This document shows, in pieces, positions 49,702 to 59,328 of a DNA stretch of 64,000 nt (position 1 is the stretch's first letter; each line of letters begins with the position of its first letter). Source of the stretch: Halorutilales archaeon Cl-col2-1 (lineage in GTDB: Archaea; Halobacteriota; Halobacteria; Halobacteriales; Afararchaeaceae); the NCBI GenBank assembly GCA_041891055.1, contig CP169074.1, forward strand, positions 352,001 through 416,000, in the 5' to 3' direction. Below the pieces are notes generated by a model. That model saw nothing but the letters and a program-made list of their open reading frames with translations, made no database searches and was not told the origin of the DNA. The translations under genes and the position numbers were made by a program.

Positions 49702-51492
49702 TCAGACTCCCCAGAAGAAAGCGATTCCAGCGGTCGTGGCGATGGCAAGGAGTATCTGGAGAGGTCCGCCGACCCGGAGGTAGTCGCTAAATCTGTATCC
49801 TCCAGGACCGTAGACAAAGAGGTTAGTCTGGTAGCCTATCGGGGAGATGAAAGCTGTCGAAGCCGCGAAGGTAACTGCGAGGACGAACGAGAACTCATTG
49901 GCTCCGAGACGTGACGCCGCCTCGACTGCGACGGGTATCATCAGGACGACACTCGCGTTGTTACTCACAACGTTAGTGAGAAGAGAAGTTATGACGTAGA
50001 AGAGAGCGAGTACCCCTACCGCGGGGAGGAAGTCGGCACTTCTGACGATGAGTTCGCCGAGAAGGTTAGCCGCTCCCGTCTTTTCGAGAGCCGTCCCAAG
50101 GGGTATGACGCCTGCGAGGAGGAAGACCACGTCCCATCTCACGGAGTCGTATAGTTCGCTGGGTCTTATACAGCCTGTGACCAACATCGCTAAGACCCCC
50201 GCGAGTGACGAGACGAGTATAGGGAGTACGTCGAATGCGGCGAGTCCGACGACGCCTACGACTATACCGACGGCGGCCTTAGTCTTCGAGGTTCTGAAGC
50301 TGTGGTTCTCGACCTCCCCTACGACGAGTATGTCGGGGTCGTCGTTGAGTGACTTAACCGCGTCGGGGGTAGTCTCTATCAGGAGGAGATCACCCGGTCG
50401 GAGTCGTATGTCCTTCAGACGTTTCTGTATCACCTCGGCTCCCTTCCTCACTGCGAGAACCGTGGAGTTGTATCTCTCCTCGAACTCTGCAGTCCGTACC
50501 GTCTCGCCCTCTAGGAACGCACCCGAAGTCACGACTATCTCGACGAGTGTCTTCCCCTCCTCGACTTCCTCTTCCTCAGGTTCGAGACTCACACCTTCTA
50601 TGTCAAGGAGCGACGCGAGTGTTTCCTGAGTCGCCCTCACGACGAAGACATCGTCGGGACGTATCGTCATCGCCTCGATAGAGTCAGCCTCAGTCGTTTT
50701 CCTTTCGTCGCGGTGTACACGTAATACTTCGAAGTCAAGGTTGACAGTGTCAAGAGCCTCCCTCACTGTCATCCCGACGAAAGGAGAACCCTCGATTACC
50801 GTGATCTCGGATACGAACTTGTCCCCCGAGTCGGGTTTCTCCTCGGGCTTTATCCTCTCGGGAGTGAGACGGTACCCCACAGTCATCATGTAGGTAACAC
50901 CTACGACGAGGACGACGACACCGAGCTTTGTGAACTCGAACATTCCGAAGGCTCCCACACCTATCCTCTCCGAGACGTCGCTCGCGAGTATATTAGTCGA
51001 CGTGCCTATCAGCGTCAGCATCCCCCCGAACATTGAGGCGTACGACAGCGGCAGGAGTAGCTTAGACGGAGAGGTGTTCTCCGACTGGGCAAGACTTGTC
51101 ACCATCGGGAGGAACATTGCAACCACCGCGGTATTGTTGATAAATCCCGAGATAGGTGTCGTAGTAGCTATCACGGCACCTAGCTGTCTCCTGTCGTCAC
51201 CGTGTGTGTACTCGGAGAGGTACGAGCCGAGCCTGTTGACCAAGCCGGTACGTCTGAGACCCTCGGCTAGGAGCATCATAGCGAGTACGGTTATAGTCGC
51301 TGGGTTGGCGAAGCCGGCTATCCCCTCACGCGGCGATATCCGAGTCCATGGCTCCAGAACCATCAGAGCCACCATTATGCCGATGGCGGTGACGTCGACG
51401 GGAAAAGGCTCGACTATGAAAAGGACGAAAGCGGAGAGGATTATCCCGAAGACCACGAGCATATCCGGGGTAAGCCCAAGAGCGAGAGGCAT
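49702..51492 (-). CDS. SLC13/DASS permease with TrkA-C domains
   Basis: FINNT, GTSTN, VSNNA, PIGYQTN; two TrkA-C-like cytoplasmic repeats. Confidence 0.92.
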   Translation of the reverse strand: MPLALGLTPDMLVVFGIILSAFVLFIVEPFPVDVTAIGIMVALMVLEPWTRISPREGIAGFANPATITVLAMMLLAEGLRRTGLVNRLGSYLSEYTHGDDRRQLGAVIATTTPISGFINNTAVVAMFLPMVTSLAQSENTSPSKLLLPLSYASMFGGMLTLIGTSTNILASDVSERIGVGAFGMFEFTKLGVVVLVVGVTYMMTVGYRLTPERIKPEEKPDSGDKFVSEITVIEGSPFVGMTVREALDTVNLDFEVLRVHRDERKTTEADSIEAMTIRPDDVFVVRATQETLASLLDIEGVSLEPEEEEVEEGKTLVEIVVTSGAFLEGETVRTAEFEERYNSTVLAVRKGAEVIQKRLKDIRLRPGDLLLIETTPDAVKSLNDDPDILVVGEVENHSFRTSKTKAAVGIVVGVVGLAAFDVLPILVSSLAGVLAMLVTGCIRPSELYDSVRWDVVFLLAGVIPLGTALEKTGAANLLGELIVRSADFLPAVGVLALFYVITSLLTNVVSNNASVVLMIPVAVEAASRLGANEFSFVLAVTFAASTAFISPIGYQTNLFVYGPGGYRFSDYLRVGGPLQILLAIATTAGIAFFWGV

Positions 51493-51575
51493 ACAGGGAC
51501 TCAGTAACCGCTGACGAGATAAAAGCCCGCCCCTTTAGACCGGGTAAGACGACAGAAGAGAACTGAGACTACTAA

Positions 51576-51929
51576 CTAAGCGTGTACCTCGTAGCCTGAC
51601 TCGGTGACTCCCATGACGACCCAGTCGCTTCCCGACGGCACAAGGTCTGAGACTGCCTTCTTGACATGTTCGAGGTCTCCTGACTCCGAGTCGGCGACGA
51701 AGCAGTACTTGTTGTCCTGCCACTGGAAGGGACACGCAGTCTCCTTGTCAGAGTCTTCTATCTCCGTCTCGGGCAGGGGTGCGATACGTACGTGCTTGTT
51801 GTCTCTCTCGGCACTCAGGGTCTCCTCGTCGGAGTCTACGTCGACTGAGTAGCCGAGTCGCTCGAATATACGTCTCGCTCGGTCGGTCAGAAACCTCTTC
51901 TTCGACACTGTGCGTCGTGTGTCAGACAT
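51576..51929 (-). CDS. Conserved hypothetical protein
   Basis: ARRIFERLGYSV...AER; acidic, host-like codons. Confidence 0.7.
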   Translation of the reverse strand: MSDTRRTVSKKRFLTDRARRIFERLGYSVDVDSDEETLSAERDNKHVRIAPLPETEIEDSDKETACPFQWQDNKYCFVADSESGDLEHVKKAVSDLVPSGSDWVVMGVTESGYEVHA

Positions 51930-52027
51930 TCACGTGAAGATTGGTACCGTGTAACATAAGTCTTTCCCCGGTATGTCCTCAGACAGCTGACATACGGGGC
52001 TGAGAGTGATCCCAGTCCAGATGAACC

Positions 52028-52786
52028 TCACGAGAAGGGAACTCGGTAACTGACGTCGGTGTAGTCGGTCTCACACGGTGCTCCGTCGGCGAAAAGATAG
52101 ACGGAGTCCGAGGCATCGGGATTCTTCACTCCGATTATGCTCGAAGACGTTGTACCCTTGTCTTCACCGTCTCCATTATGGAGACAGACATCGATGTCGT
52201 CCCTCGAAAGCAGATCCTTGGCTTCCTTAATCCAGTCGTCGAAGCCGAGTGACGGGTCAGGTAGGCTGTCGCGGACTTCCAACGCCTTGTCGTCGGGGTC
52301 GTCGAAACGCGAGTTGGTTATAACGTAGACTCCATCTTCGAGATGCATTATGTCTAGGTCGTCGTCGTAGACAGCCACGAAGGCGCGGGTCGGTGTCGCA
52401 ACAACGAGGTTGAAGCCCTCGTACTCGTTCGCGTCGACCGAGTGCCTGACGATGTCTTCGAGGTCTTCTATGTCGCCTGACTCCGAGAGGACGTCGTCAC
52501 ACAGGAGACCGCGTGACCTGACGTCAGTCCCGTCTTCTCCTCGGTCTTCGTCGTCCGTCTCTATGTTGGTGACAGCCACCGATGTCCCTTCCGAGTTGAA
52601 GCCTATCCACGTCCCTCCTTCGCGCGCGTCACGCGGCGCGAAGACCCAGTCGACACTGTCTCCCTCATCCTCAGTCTCGCGCGTCTCAGGTGACGAGAAC
52701 TCCCTGTCGTACTCCTCGTCACGGTTGGCGGCGATCACAGTAGGATACGAACCGAAGACGTTCTTCGCGAATAGAACCGTACACAT
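52028..52786 (-). CDS. NRDE/TANGO2 family protein
   Basis: MCT start, AANRDE, GGTWIG, SRGLL, GFNL. Confidence 0.92.
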   Translation of the reverse strand: MCTVLFAKNVFGSYPTVIAANRDEEYDREFSSPETRETEDEGDSVDWVFAPRDAREGGTWIGFNSEGTSVAVTNIETDDEDRGEDGTDVRSRGLLCDDVLSESGDIEDLEDIVRHSVDANEYEGFNLVVATPTRAFVAVYDDDLDIMHLEDGVYVITNSRFDDPDDKALEVRDSLPDPSLGFDDWIKEAKDLLSRDDIDVCLHNGDGEDKGTTSSSIIGVKNPDASDSVYLFADGAPCETDYTDVSYRVPFS

Positions 52787-52794
52787 GTCTTGTT

Positions 52795-53922
52795 TTATAT
52801 CCTGTCGAGCACGGCATCGATGTCGTCGGCGTTGTTGAAGGCGTGTACCGAGACTCTGACGCAGTGGGGATCTGGTATGCTCCTAATCTCGACCGAGTCG
52901 TCTGAGAGACTCTCGACGAGTCCCTCCGGGTCGTCCGCCTCGAAGGAGACGAGACCCGACTCATACTCTCTCGGGCTTATGAGACGTTCTTCGTCTATGC
53001 CGTTCTTGAGGCGGTCGGTGAGACGCCGAATCTCTTCCTCGACCTCGCTGAGACCGATCTCCTCGAATGTCTTTACCGCCTCGGCGAAGCCGGCGTAGGT
53101 AGCCGCGGGAAGCGTAGCGATCTCGAACCGTCTCGCGCCGTCCTCGTACTCGAAATCGTCGTCGTTGGGATTCTTGACGCCTCTGTACCCGACACGGCTC
53201 GATCTCGTTCCTTCCACGACTTCCGAGTCGGCGTAGAGGAATCCCGCACCCCAGGGTCCGAGGAGCCATTTGTGTCCGGTTCCCGCGACGAAGTCGGCTC
53301 CCCAGTCCTTGACGTCAACATCGACCTGTCCCGGCGACTGGGCGGCGTCGACGAGAACCTTCGCTCCGGCGTCGTGAGCGATACCGACTGCGTCCTCAAC
53401 ATCGAGACGTGTCCCGTAGTTCCATGAGATAGAGCTGAGACAGACGAGCTTAGCATCCTCGACGGCGTCCTTGAAGGCGTCCCTGTCGTCCTCGTCGCGC
53501 ACGAGGTAGCCGTCGGTCGTCGCGGCGACCTTGACATCTATTCCGTATAAGTCGCGGAGACGTTTCCACGGGAGTATGCCCGACGAGTGTTCGAGGTCAG
53601 TAGTGACAGCCTTGTCGCCCTCTTCCCAGTCGAGTGCCTCGGCGACTATGTTTATCCCCTCAGTCGTCGACTGTGTGAGACAGATCTCGCTCTCATCGGC
53701 GTCTGCGTTTACAAGGCTCGCTACGGAGTTGCGCGTCTCGGCGAGGACGTCGGCTGCGGAGGTATACATCCCCTCACGTGCCGGAGAGTCGTACTCGTGG
53801 TACTCGAGGAACTCCTCTCCGGCTTCGACGACGCGCCGTGGCGAGGGTCCACTCGCCCCTGTGTTGAGGTAGACGCAGTCGTCGAGAGCAGGCATGTCGC
53901 GTCTGAGGTCTTCGGTGTCCAT
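52795..53922 (-). CDS. Class V PLP aminotransferase (cysteine desulfurase-like)
   Basis: YLNTGA, STTEG, LEH, VDAAQ, GHKWLLGP. Confidence 0.9.
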   Translation of the reverse strand: MDTEDLRRDMPALDDCVYLNTGASGPSPRRVVEAGEEFLEYHEYDSPAREGMYTSAADVLAETRNSVASLVNADADESEICLTQSTTEGINIVAEALDWEEGDKAVTTDLEHSSGILPWKRLRDLYGIDVKVAATTDGYLVRDEDDRDAFKDAVEDAKLVCLSSISWNYGTRLDVEDAVGIAHDAGAKVLVDAAQSPGQVDVDVKDWGADFVAGTGHKWLLGPWGAGFLYADSEVVEGTRSSRVGYRGVKNPNDDDFEYEDGARRFEIATLPAATYAGFAEAVKTFEEIGLSEVEEEIRRLTDRLKNGIDEERLISPREYESGLVSFEADDPEGLVESLSDDSVEIRSIPDPHCVRVSVHAFNNADDIDAVLDRI

Positions 53923-53949
53923 CTTACTCGATAGAGGTTCTGTGAGATG

Positions 53950-54918
53950 TTAAAACAGATGGTCGTCGACCGTCCTAGCGCTCCCACCGACCTTCCAGAT
54001 CCGTGACTCGACCCCGAGGGCTTCGACTTCCTCAGCGACCCTGTCGGCGTGTTCCTTAGTCGTGTTGAGGTAGGCGGTTGCTCCGGTGTCGGTCGAGAAG
54101 TAGACGGGCACGCCGTCGTCTCTCAGGTCGCGCGCGAGTTCGAGGAGTTCGAGTGTCTCGGGCTGCCAGTAGATCCAGTTCTCGGGTCCCGTCATAGTGA
54201 CCGCGAGTAGCGAGAGTGAGTCGCTCTCGGCTGAGGAGAAGGTCTCGTCGAAGTCGCCGTCACGTAAGGACTTCCGCATCTCGGCGACCGCACCGTGTAT
54301 GTACGCGAGACGGCTCTCGAAGAGATGCGACTCCGCCGCCTCGTCGTGTGCGCGCGCTGTGTGTTTGAACTCGGGGACGAGTCCGACGACTATCCTGAGG
54401 TCATCCTCGTCGAACCCCGTCTGAATACGTTCGGACGCACACTCTTCGTCGACCATGCTCGTCCGGAGATGTGAGAAGCCTCCCGTTACGCTCCTCGTCG
54501 CAGAAGTCGCCCCACGTCGTGCTATAGCGGATATCTCCTCTAAGCTTAGGTCGAGACCCGCCGCCCTCACCGCGGCGACCGAGAGCGCGCCGAAGCCCGA
54601 CGACGACGCGCCTAAGCCGACGTTTGACGGGAATGTGTTCTCCGACTCAACCCTCGCCCCCGAACTGACGTCGGATATCTCGCGCACCTTGTCGAGTATC
54701 TTAGATGCTCTCTCATACCCCGAGTCGTCTATCTCTTCTCCGTCGACTATCACGGTGTCGTCGTCGTGTCCGAACTCGACTGTCGTCTTGGTCGAGGACG
54801 GCGCTGTGCATACCGAGATCGAGTCGTGGTACGGGATACGGAGTTCGTCGTCGCGCAGACCGTGGTACTTGATAAGACCCTGTATCGGATGGGCTATCGC
54901 GGTCGCCTTTCTCGTCAT
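53950..54918 (-). CDS. mvaD: Phosphomevalonate decarboxylase
   Basis: AHPIQGLIKYHG, PYHDSIS, GLGASSSG GHMP motif, STDTG. Confidence 0.92.
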   Translation of the reverse strand: MTRKATAIAHPIQGLIKYHGLRDDELRIPYHDSISVCTAPSSTKTTVEFGHDDDTVIVDGEEIDDSGYERASKILDKVREISDVSSGARVESENTFPSNVGLGASSSGFGALSVAAVRAAGLDLSLEEISAIARRGATSATRSVTGGFSHLRTSMVDEECASERIQTGFDEDDLRIVVGLVPEFKHTARAHDEAAESHLFESRLAYIHGAVAEMRKSLRDGDFDETFSSAESDSLSLLAVTMTGPENWIYWQPETLELLELARDLRDDGVPVYFSTDTGATAYLNTTKEHADRVAEEVEALGVESRIWKVGGSARTVDDHLF

Positions 54919-55016
54919 GTCTCAAATCCCTCCCTGACGTTCGCAAATCGAAGATTTGCGTGCACACGAGAATGAACTCTCGTGACCATCTCGAAAGTAT
55001 TCTGATTTTCGCTCAT
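54915..55016 (-). CDS. Putative 33-aa uORF coupled to mvaD
   Basis: ATG about 25-30 nt after CTATATTTG; MSENQNTFEMVTRVHSRVHANLRFANVREGFET; its TGA overlaps the mvaD ATG. Confidence 0.4.
   Translation of the reverse strand: MSENQNTFEMVTRVHSRVHANLRFANVREGFET
54937..55011. repeat. Triloop-hairpin repeat cluster
   Basis: CGCAAATC-GAA-GATTTGCG and CACGAGA..TCTCGTG; reverse complement of 54937-54963 matches 20264-20290 at 26/27 positions. Confidence 0.8.
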
Positions 55017-55325
55017 ACTATACTCTGTTCGGGGTGGACTCAAATATAGTTCGGTCAGTCCGGAGCATAACTCAGAAGTCAGAGCACACAGACTAACATA
55101 TGGAGCCTCTCGAGAGCTGTGCCCGACGAGACGAAGTCGAAGAAGCCGGAGTGCGTAAGTACGATGGATTCGGCGTCTCCGAACAAAGAGAATTGGAGGC
55201 TCTCGACACCGCGCTGATAAGCATCAGTATTACACCCAATGATGTGGCTGAGAGGGTCAACGTCTTACGTACACGGGATATTTAGACGAAGCTTCAAGTC
55301 GTTAGACCGAGACGTCTGACCCACT

Positions 55326-56546
55326 ATGCGTGGCGAAGACGAGCCTGGGCTCAGACGTGAGATAGGACTCTTCGAGGCGACAGTCTACGGAGTGGGTCTG
55401 ATACTCGGAGCGGGTATATACGCTGTTCTCGGAGAGGCTACGGGGGTCACGGGCGAGTCGGTCGTCGTGTCTTTCTTGATCGCCGCCGTGATAGCCTCAC
55501 TCACCGGACTCAGCTACGCCGAACTCTGTTCCCTTTACCCTAAGGAGGAGGCAGACTACATCTACGTCCGAGAGGCTTTCGGAAGCAAGAAGCTCTCCGA
55601 AGCCACGGCTGTTCTGCGTCTCCTCGTGGGTGTCATATCCGCGGCTGCTGTCGCACTCGCCTTCGCGGGCTACTTCTCGTCTTTCGTCGACATACCCCGG
55701 ATTCCGGTGGCTGTCTCGGTCGTCGCGGCGACTGCTTACGTCAACTACCGAGGCATACAGCTTTCGTCTAAGCTCAACCTGATCTTCACCTCGGTCGAGG
55801 TCGCAGGGCTCATCTTCGTAGTCTGGATAGGTAGGTCGACGTGGGGAGACGTCGATCCCCTACAGATGACCAACGGGAGCGTAGGTGTTCTCAAGTCGGC
55901 TTTTCTGATATTCTTCGCTTACATCGGCTTCGGTTCGATAGTCAGCATCTCTGAGGAGTCGAAGGACGCTACTGACACGATACCCAAAGCCATACTCGCC
56001 TCTATAGGTATCACGACAGTCCTCTATGTCCTCGTAGGCTTGTCGGCGGTGGGAGTCGTCGACTCACAGCTTCTCGGAGCCTCTGACTCGCCATTAGCAG
56101 TCGTCGCAAACCAGGGATGGGGGCCTGCCGCCTTCACGGTCATCTCCGTAATCGCCCTCTTCTCGACTATGAACACCGTCATGATACTCCAGATATCGAC
56201 GTCACGTCTCCTCTATGGGGTCTCCAAGAAGGAGTACGACTCTTTCCCCGAGGTCTTCTCGAAGGTACACGAAGACACCAGGACGCCGTATGTCTCCGTC
56301 TGGTCCGTCGGTGTTATGACTGCCGCTTTCACGGTCTTGGGAGACATAGGCATCGTAGCAGGTCTCGCCAACCTCTTCCTCCTCATCGTATTCATCCTCA
56401 TCAACCTCTCACTCCTGAGTCTGAGGTACAGACGTCCAGACATCGATCGGGGTTTCAGAGCGCCTCTTAACATAGGAAGACTGTCAGTCACAGCTCTCGG
56501 AGGCGTCGTCTCATGTATACTACTCATACTCTTTTACCTCGTCTGA
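55326..56546 (+). CDS. APC-family amino acid permease
   Basis: ILGAGIY, SYAEL, FFAYIG, SEE, TRTP. Confidence 0.92.
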   Translation: MRGEDEPGLRREIGLFEATVYGVGLILGAGIYAVLGEATGVTGESVVVSFLIAAVIASLTGLSYAELCSLYPKEEADYIYVREAFGSKKLSEATAVLRLLVGVISAAAVALAFAGYFSSFVDIPRIPVAVSVVAATAYVNYRGIQLSSKLNLIFTSVEVAGLIFVVWIGRSTWGDVDPLQMTNGSVGVLKSAFLIFFAYIGFGSIVSISEESKDATDTIPKAILASIGITTVLYVLVGLSAVGVVDSQLLGASDSPLAVVANQGWGPAAFTVISVIALFSTMNTVMILQISTSRLLYGVSKKEYDSFPEVFSKVHEDTRTPYVSVWSVGVMTAAFTVLGDIGIVAGLANLFLLIVFILINLSLLSLRYRRPDIDRGFRAPLNIGRLSVTALGGVVSCILLILFYLV

Positions 56547-56609
56547 GTGGGATTAGAGGCTCATACCAGAGAGTACAAGGCTGTTGTGTTGCTATAAATA
56601 CTAAACCAA

Positions 56610-58532
56610 ATGACGAGGACGAAGGTCTGGATAGCTCTGAGTCTACTTCTTCTGAGTCTGTCCCTCGGTGTCTTTGCCGTCGACAGTTCGGGAGGCAGTC
56701 CCGACCCCGTGAGGTTCGGGGAGACTGTTAAGTCGGGTATAAGCCACGCTCAGACTATCACTGCGAACTCACAGGGCCTCACGGCACCCAAGGCAGAGGT
56801 TTTCTACTCACAGTACGAGTACGTCGTCGGGTATAGAGGTCTTTCGTCGCTCGTCGAGACGCTCAACAGCGACGGACACACGATGCGTTTCGGAAAGCCC
56901 CTTGCAGTCTACGTCACCGCCTTCGACGGCACCGACGTCGAGCCTTCGAACACATCAGGATTCGTCAGAAAGGACAGTTCGTCGTACACCGACTGGGTCA
57001 GAGCGTCTGAGGCTTGGTTCGTACTGACTCAGCCCACGACAGTCGTACCGTTCTCGTCGGAGTCGGCGGCACGTTCGTACGCCGACGAGCACAACGGTGA
57101 GGTCACCGACTGGGACGGTCTCGTCTCGGAGCGAATGTACGCCCGGGGTCACGACGAACAGACCTCTACCACCGAGGCTATGAGGCAGAAGGAAGAGACA
57201 ATGGAGGAAGAAGCCGACTCTCTTGAGTCACGCGCTCTGTCCCTCCTCGACAGGGAGGTATCAGTGACAGTCGAAAACGCCACCTCGGAAGCGTTACGCA
57301 GAGCCGTGGAACGCGCGCCTCCGAGGACGTCTGTAAGGCTCACTGAGGGTACTTACGTCATCAACGAGACCCTAAACGTCACTAAGCCAGTAAGCCTCGT
57401 CGGAGAGGGCGACTCGACGCATCTCAAAGGTGATGGAGACGGAACCGTCGTCCGTCTCTCGTCTCCTGAGTCAGCCGTGTCGTCAGTCAGGATCACGGGC
57501 GTCGGAAACGCGACGAGACAGACTGACAAGTACGGAGGCGTCGGTGAAGGGGACAACTGGGACTCCGAGATAGAGAGGACGTACGGAAGCGGTGACGCCG
57601 GAGTCGCAGTCATAAGAGCCAACTCGTCTCTCGTCCACGACGTCAACATAACCTCACCCGCAAACGGGGTTCTCGTCCGTGACTCACCTGACTCCGTGGT
57701 CACCCACTCAGTAGTACGGGGCGCGGAGAGATCCTCCGACGGCTTCATGGGCGTGATGGTGATGAGGTCGCCGATGCTGATACAGAACTCGACACTCCTC
57801 GACGGACGTGACGCAGTCTACTCCCACCGTTCCGACGGCCTCGCTATACGGAACAGCTTCATAGACCCGGGACGTTTCGGTGTTCATCTGATGTTCACCT
57901 CTGACACCTACATAGCCAACAACACCGTAAGGGACGCTTACTCCGGGATAGTTGTAATGACACGTCCCGTCGGCAACGTCGTAGTCGGAAACGACGTCCG
58001 TGAGTCGAGAAGCGGTATCGTGACTGCGGGAGGTGACACCTACGTCGCGCGCAACGTCCTCGTCGACAACTCTTACGGTCTCAAGATAGGCACACGCACT
58101 TCAGTCTACGAGAAAAACGTCATGGTCGAGAACGGTGTCGGGGCGAGGGCGTCAGGGATAATAGCCTCCAACCGCGTCGTCTCGAACGACTTCGTGGACA
58201 ATGACAGGTCTGCGACGTCACTCTACGGATCCCTCAGGATCTGGTCGTCGGACGGGATCGGCAACTACTGGAGCCGGAACGTAGACCTCGGGTCGGAGTC
58301 TGGGTCGGAGTCCGAAAGCTACCGTCCGACGGGCGTCGTCGAGTCCGATCTGCGTAAGCCGGGATACGTAACCCTGTCGGAGTCACCCGCTCTCAAGGGT
58401 CTGAGATCGCTCGAAGGAACCGTACCCGGAATGAGAGCCGAGGGGATAGTCGACCAGAGTCCGTCGGAGAGCCGTATAAACAGACGTCTCGTAAAACAAG
58501 CCAAGAACGATCAGACGAAATATGCCAAGTAA
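56610..58532 (+). CDS. NosL-like plus NosD (beta-helix) fusion protein
   Basis: N-terminal WVRASEAWFV...PFSSESAARSYADEHNG; GRFGVHLM, beta-helix repeats, GNYWS. Confidence 0.8.
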   Translation: MTRTKVWIALSLLLLSLSLGVFAVDSSGGSPDPVRFGETVKSGISHAQTITANSQGLTAPKAEVFYSQYEYVVGYRGLSSLVETLNSDGHTMRFGKPLAVYVTAFDGTDVEPSNTSGFVRKDSSSYTDWVRASEAWFVLTQPTTVVPFSSESAARSYADEHNGEVTDWDGLVSERMYARGHDEQTSTTEAMRQKEETMEEEADSLESRALSLLDREVSVTVENATSEALRRAVERAPPRTSVRLTEGTYVINETLNVTKPVSLVGEGDSTHLKGDGDGTVVRLSSPESAVSSVRITGVGNATRQTDKYGGVGEGDNWDSEIERTYGSGDAGVAVIRANSSLVHDVNITSPANGVLVRDSPDSVVTHSVVRGAERSSDGFMGVMVMRSPMLIQNSTLLDGRDAVYSHRSDGLAIRNSFIDPGRFGVHLMFTSDTYIANNTVRDAYSGIVVMTRPVGNVVVGNDVRESRSGIVTAGGDTYVARNVLVDNSYGLKIGTRTSVYEKNVMVENGVGARASGIIASNRVVSNDFVDNDRSATSLYGSLRIWSSDGIGNYWSRNVDLGSESGSESESYRPTGVVESDLRKPGYVTLSESPALKGLRSLEGTVPGMRAEGIVDQSPSESRINRRLVKQAKNDQTKYAK

Positions 58533-59328
58533 CTCAGATTCACAGACACGAAGTACATACGGCTCCGAGGTCGCGAAGCGTGGGGCTGTAGTAGAGGCTG
58601 AGGATATCAGTCACTCTTACGGAGACACACGTGTCCTTGACTCAGTCTCGTTCAGTCTCGTGGAGGGAAGTCTCAACGGTGTCGTGGGACCCAACGGAAG
58701 CGGGAAGTCGACTCTCGTACGTATACTCACGGGTCTGCTTGAAGCCACGGACGGAGAAGTGACGGTTCACGGAGAAAGAGACGACGGCAGACAGGTCGGA
58801 TACCTGCCTCAGAAAGCCGAGTACAGGTCTGCTTTCACCGTGAAAGAGACACTCGAATTCTACTCCCGACTCGTCGGAGACTCGTCTCAGTCGACCGAGG
58901 AGGCACTCGAACTCGTGGGTCTTAGCGGCGCAGCCGACACGGACGTCGACGGTCTCTCTGGTGGGATGTTACGTCTCCTTGGAATCGCACAGGCGACTAT
59001 AGGCGACCCTTCCGTGATCTTCCTCGACGAGCCTACGAGCGGTCTCGATCCCACGATGTCATACCGTATATTCGAGGTTCTGCGTGACCTCGCCGACAGA
59101 GGGACTACCGTCGTCGTCACTTCACACGACCTCACTCTCATAGAGACAAACGTCGACAGGCTTCTCTTACTCGACGAGGGTAGGCTACAGTTAGACGGCT
59201 CCCCCGAAGAAGTTGTGGAGAGCGAGGGTTACGGTAGCCTCGCGGAGCTCTTCGCTGACATGGTCGAGGAGAAGGAAGGAACCACCGTGAGACACGGACA
59301 CCGAAACGGAGACGGGGGTGAGGCGTGA
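58522..59328 (+). CDS. ABC transporter ATPase (NosF-like)
   Basis: GPNGSGKST, LSGGM, LDEPTSGLDP, SHD. Confidence 0.9.
   Translation: MPSNSDSQTRSTYGSEVAKRGAVVEAEDISHSYGDTRVLDSVSFSLVEGSLNGVVGPNGSGKSTLVRILTGLLEATDGEVTVHGERDDGRQVGYLPQKAEYRSAFTVKETLEFYSRLVGDSSQSTEEALELVGLSGAADTDVDGLSGGMLRLLGIAQATIGDPSVIFLDEPTSGLDPTMSYRIFEVLRDLADRGTTVVVTSHDLTLIETNVDRLLLLDEGRLQLDGSPEEVVESEGYGSLAELFADMVEEKEGTTVRHGHRNGDGGEA

Noticed and set aside
51966-51999. Imperfect hairpin CCCCGGTATGTC...GACATACGGGG
   Set aside because: It is a single copy with a long loop, not of the triloop family, and is likely an ordinary terminator.
55100-55285. 61-aa ORF upstream of the APC permease
   Set aside because: No recognisable motif; it may be real or a gene remnant, but I cannot support either.
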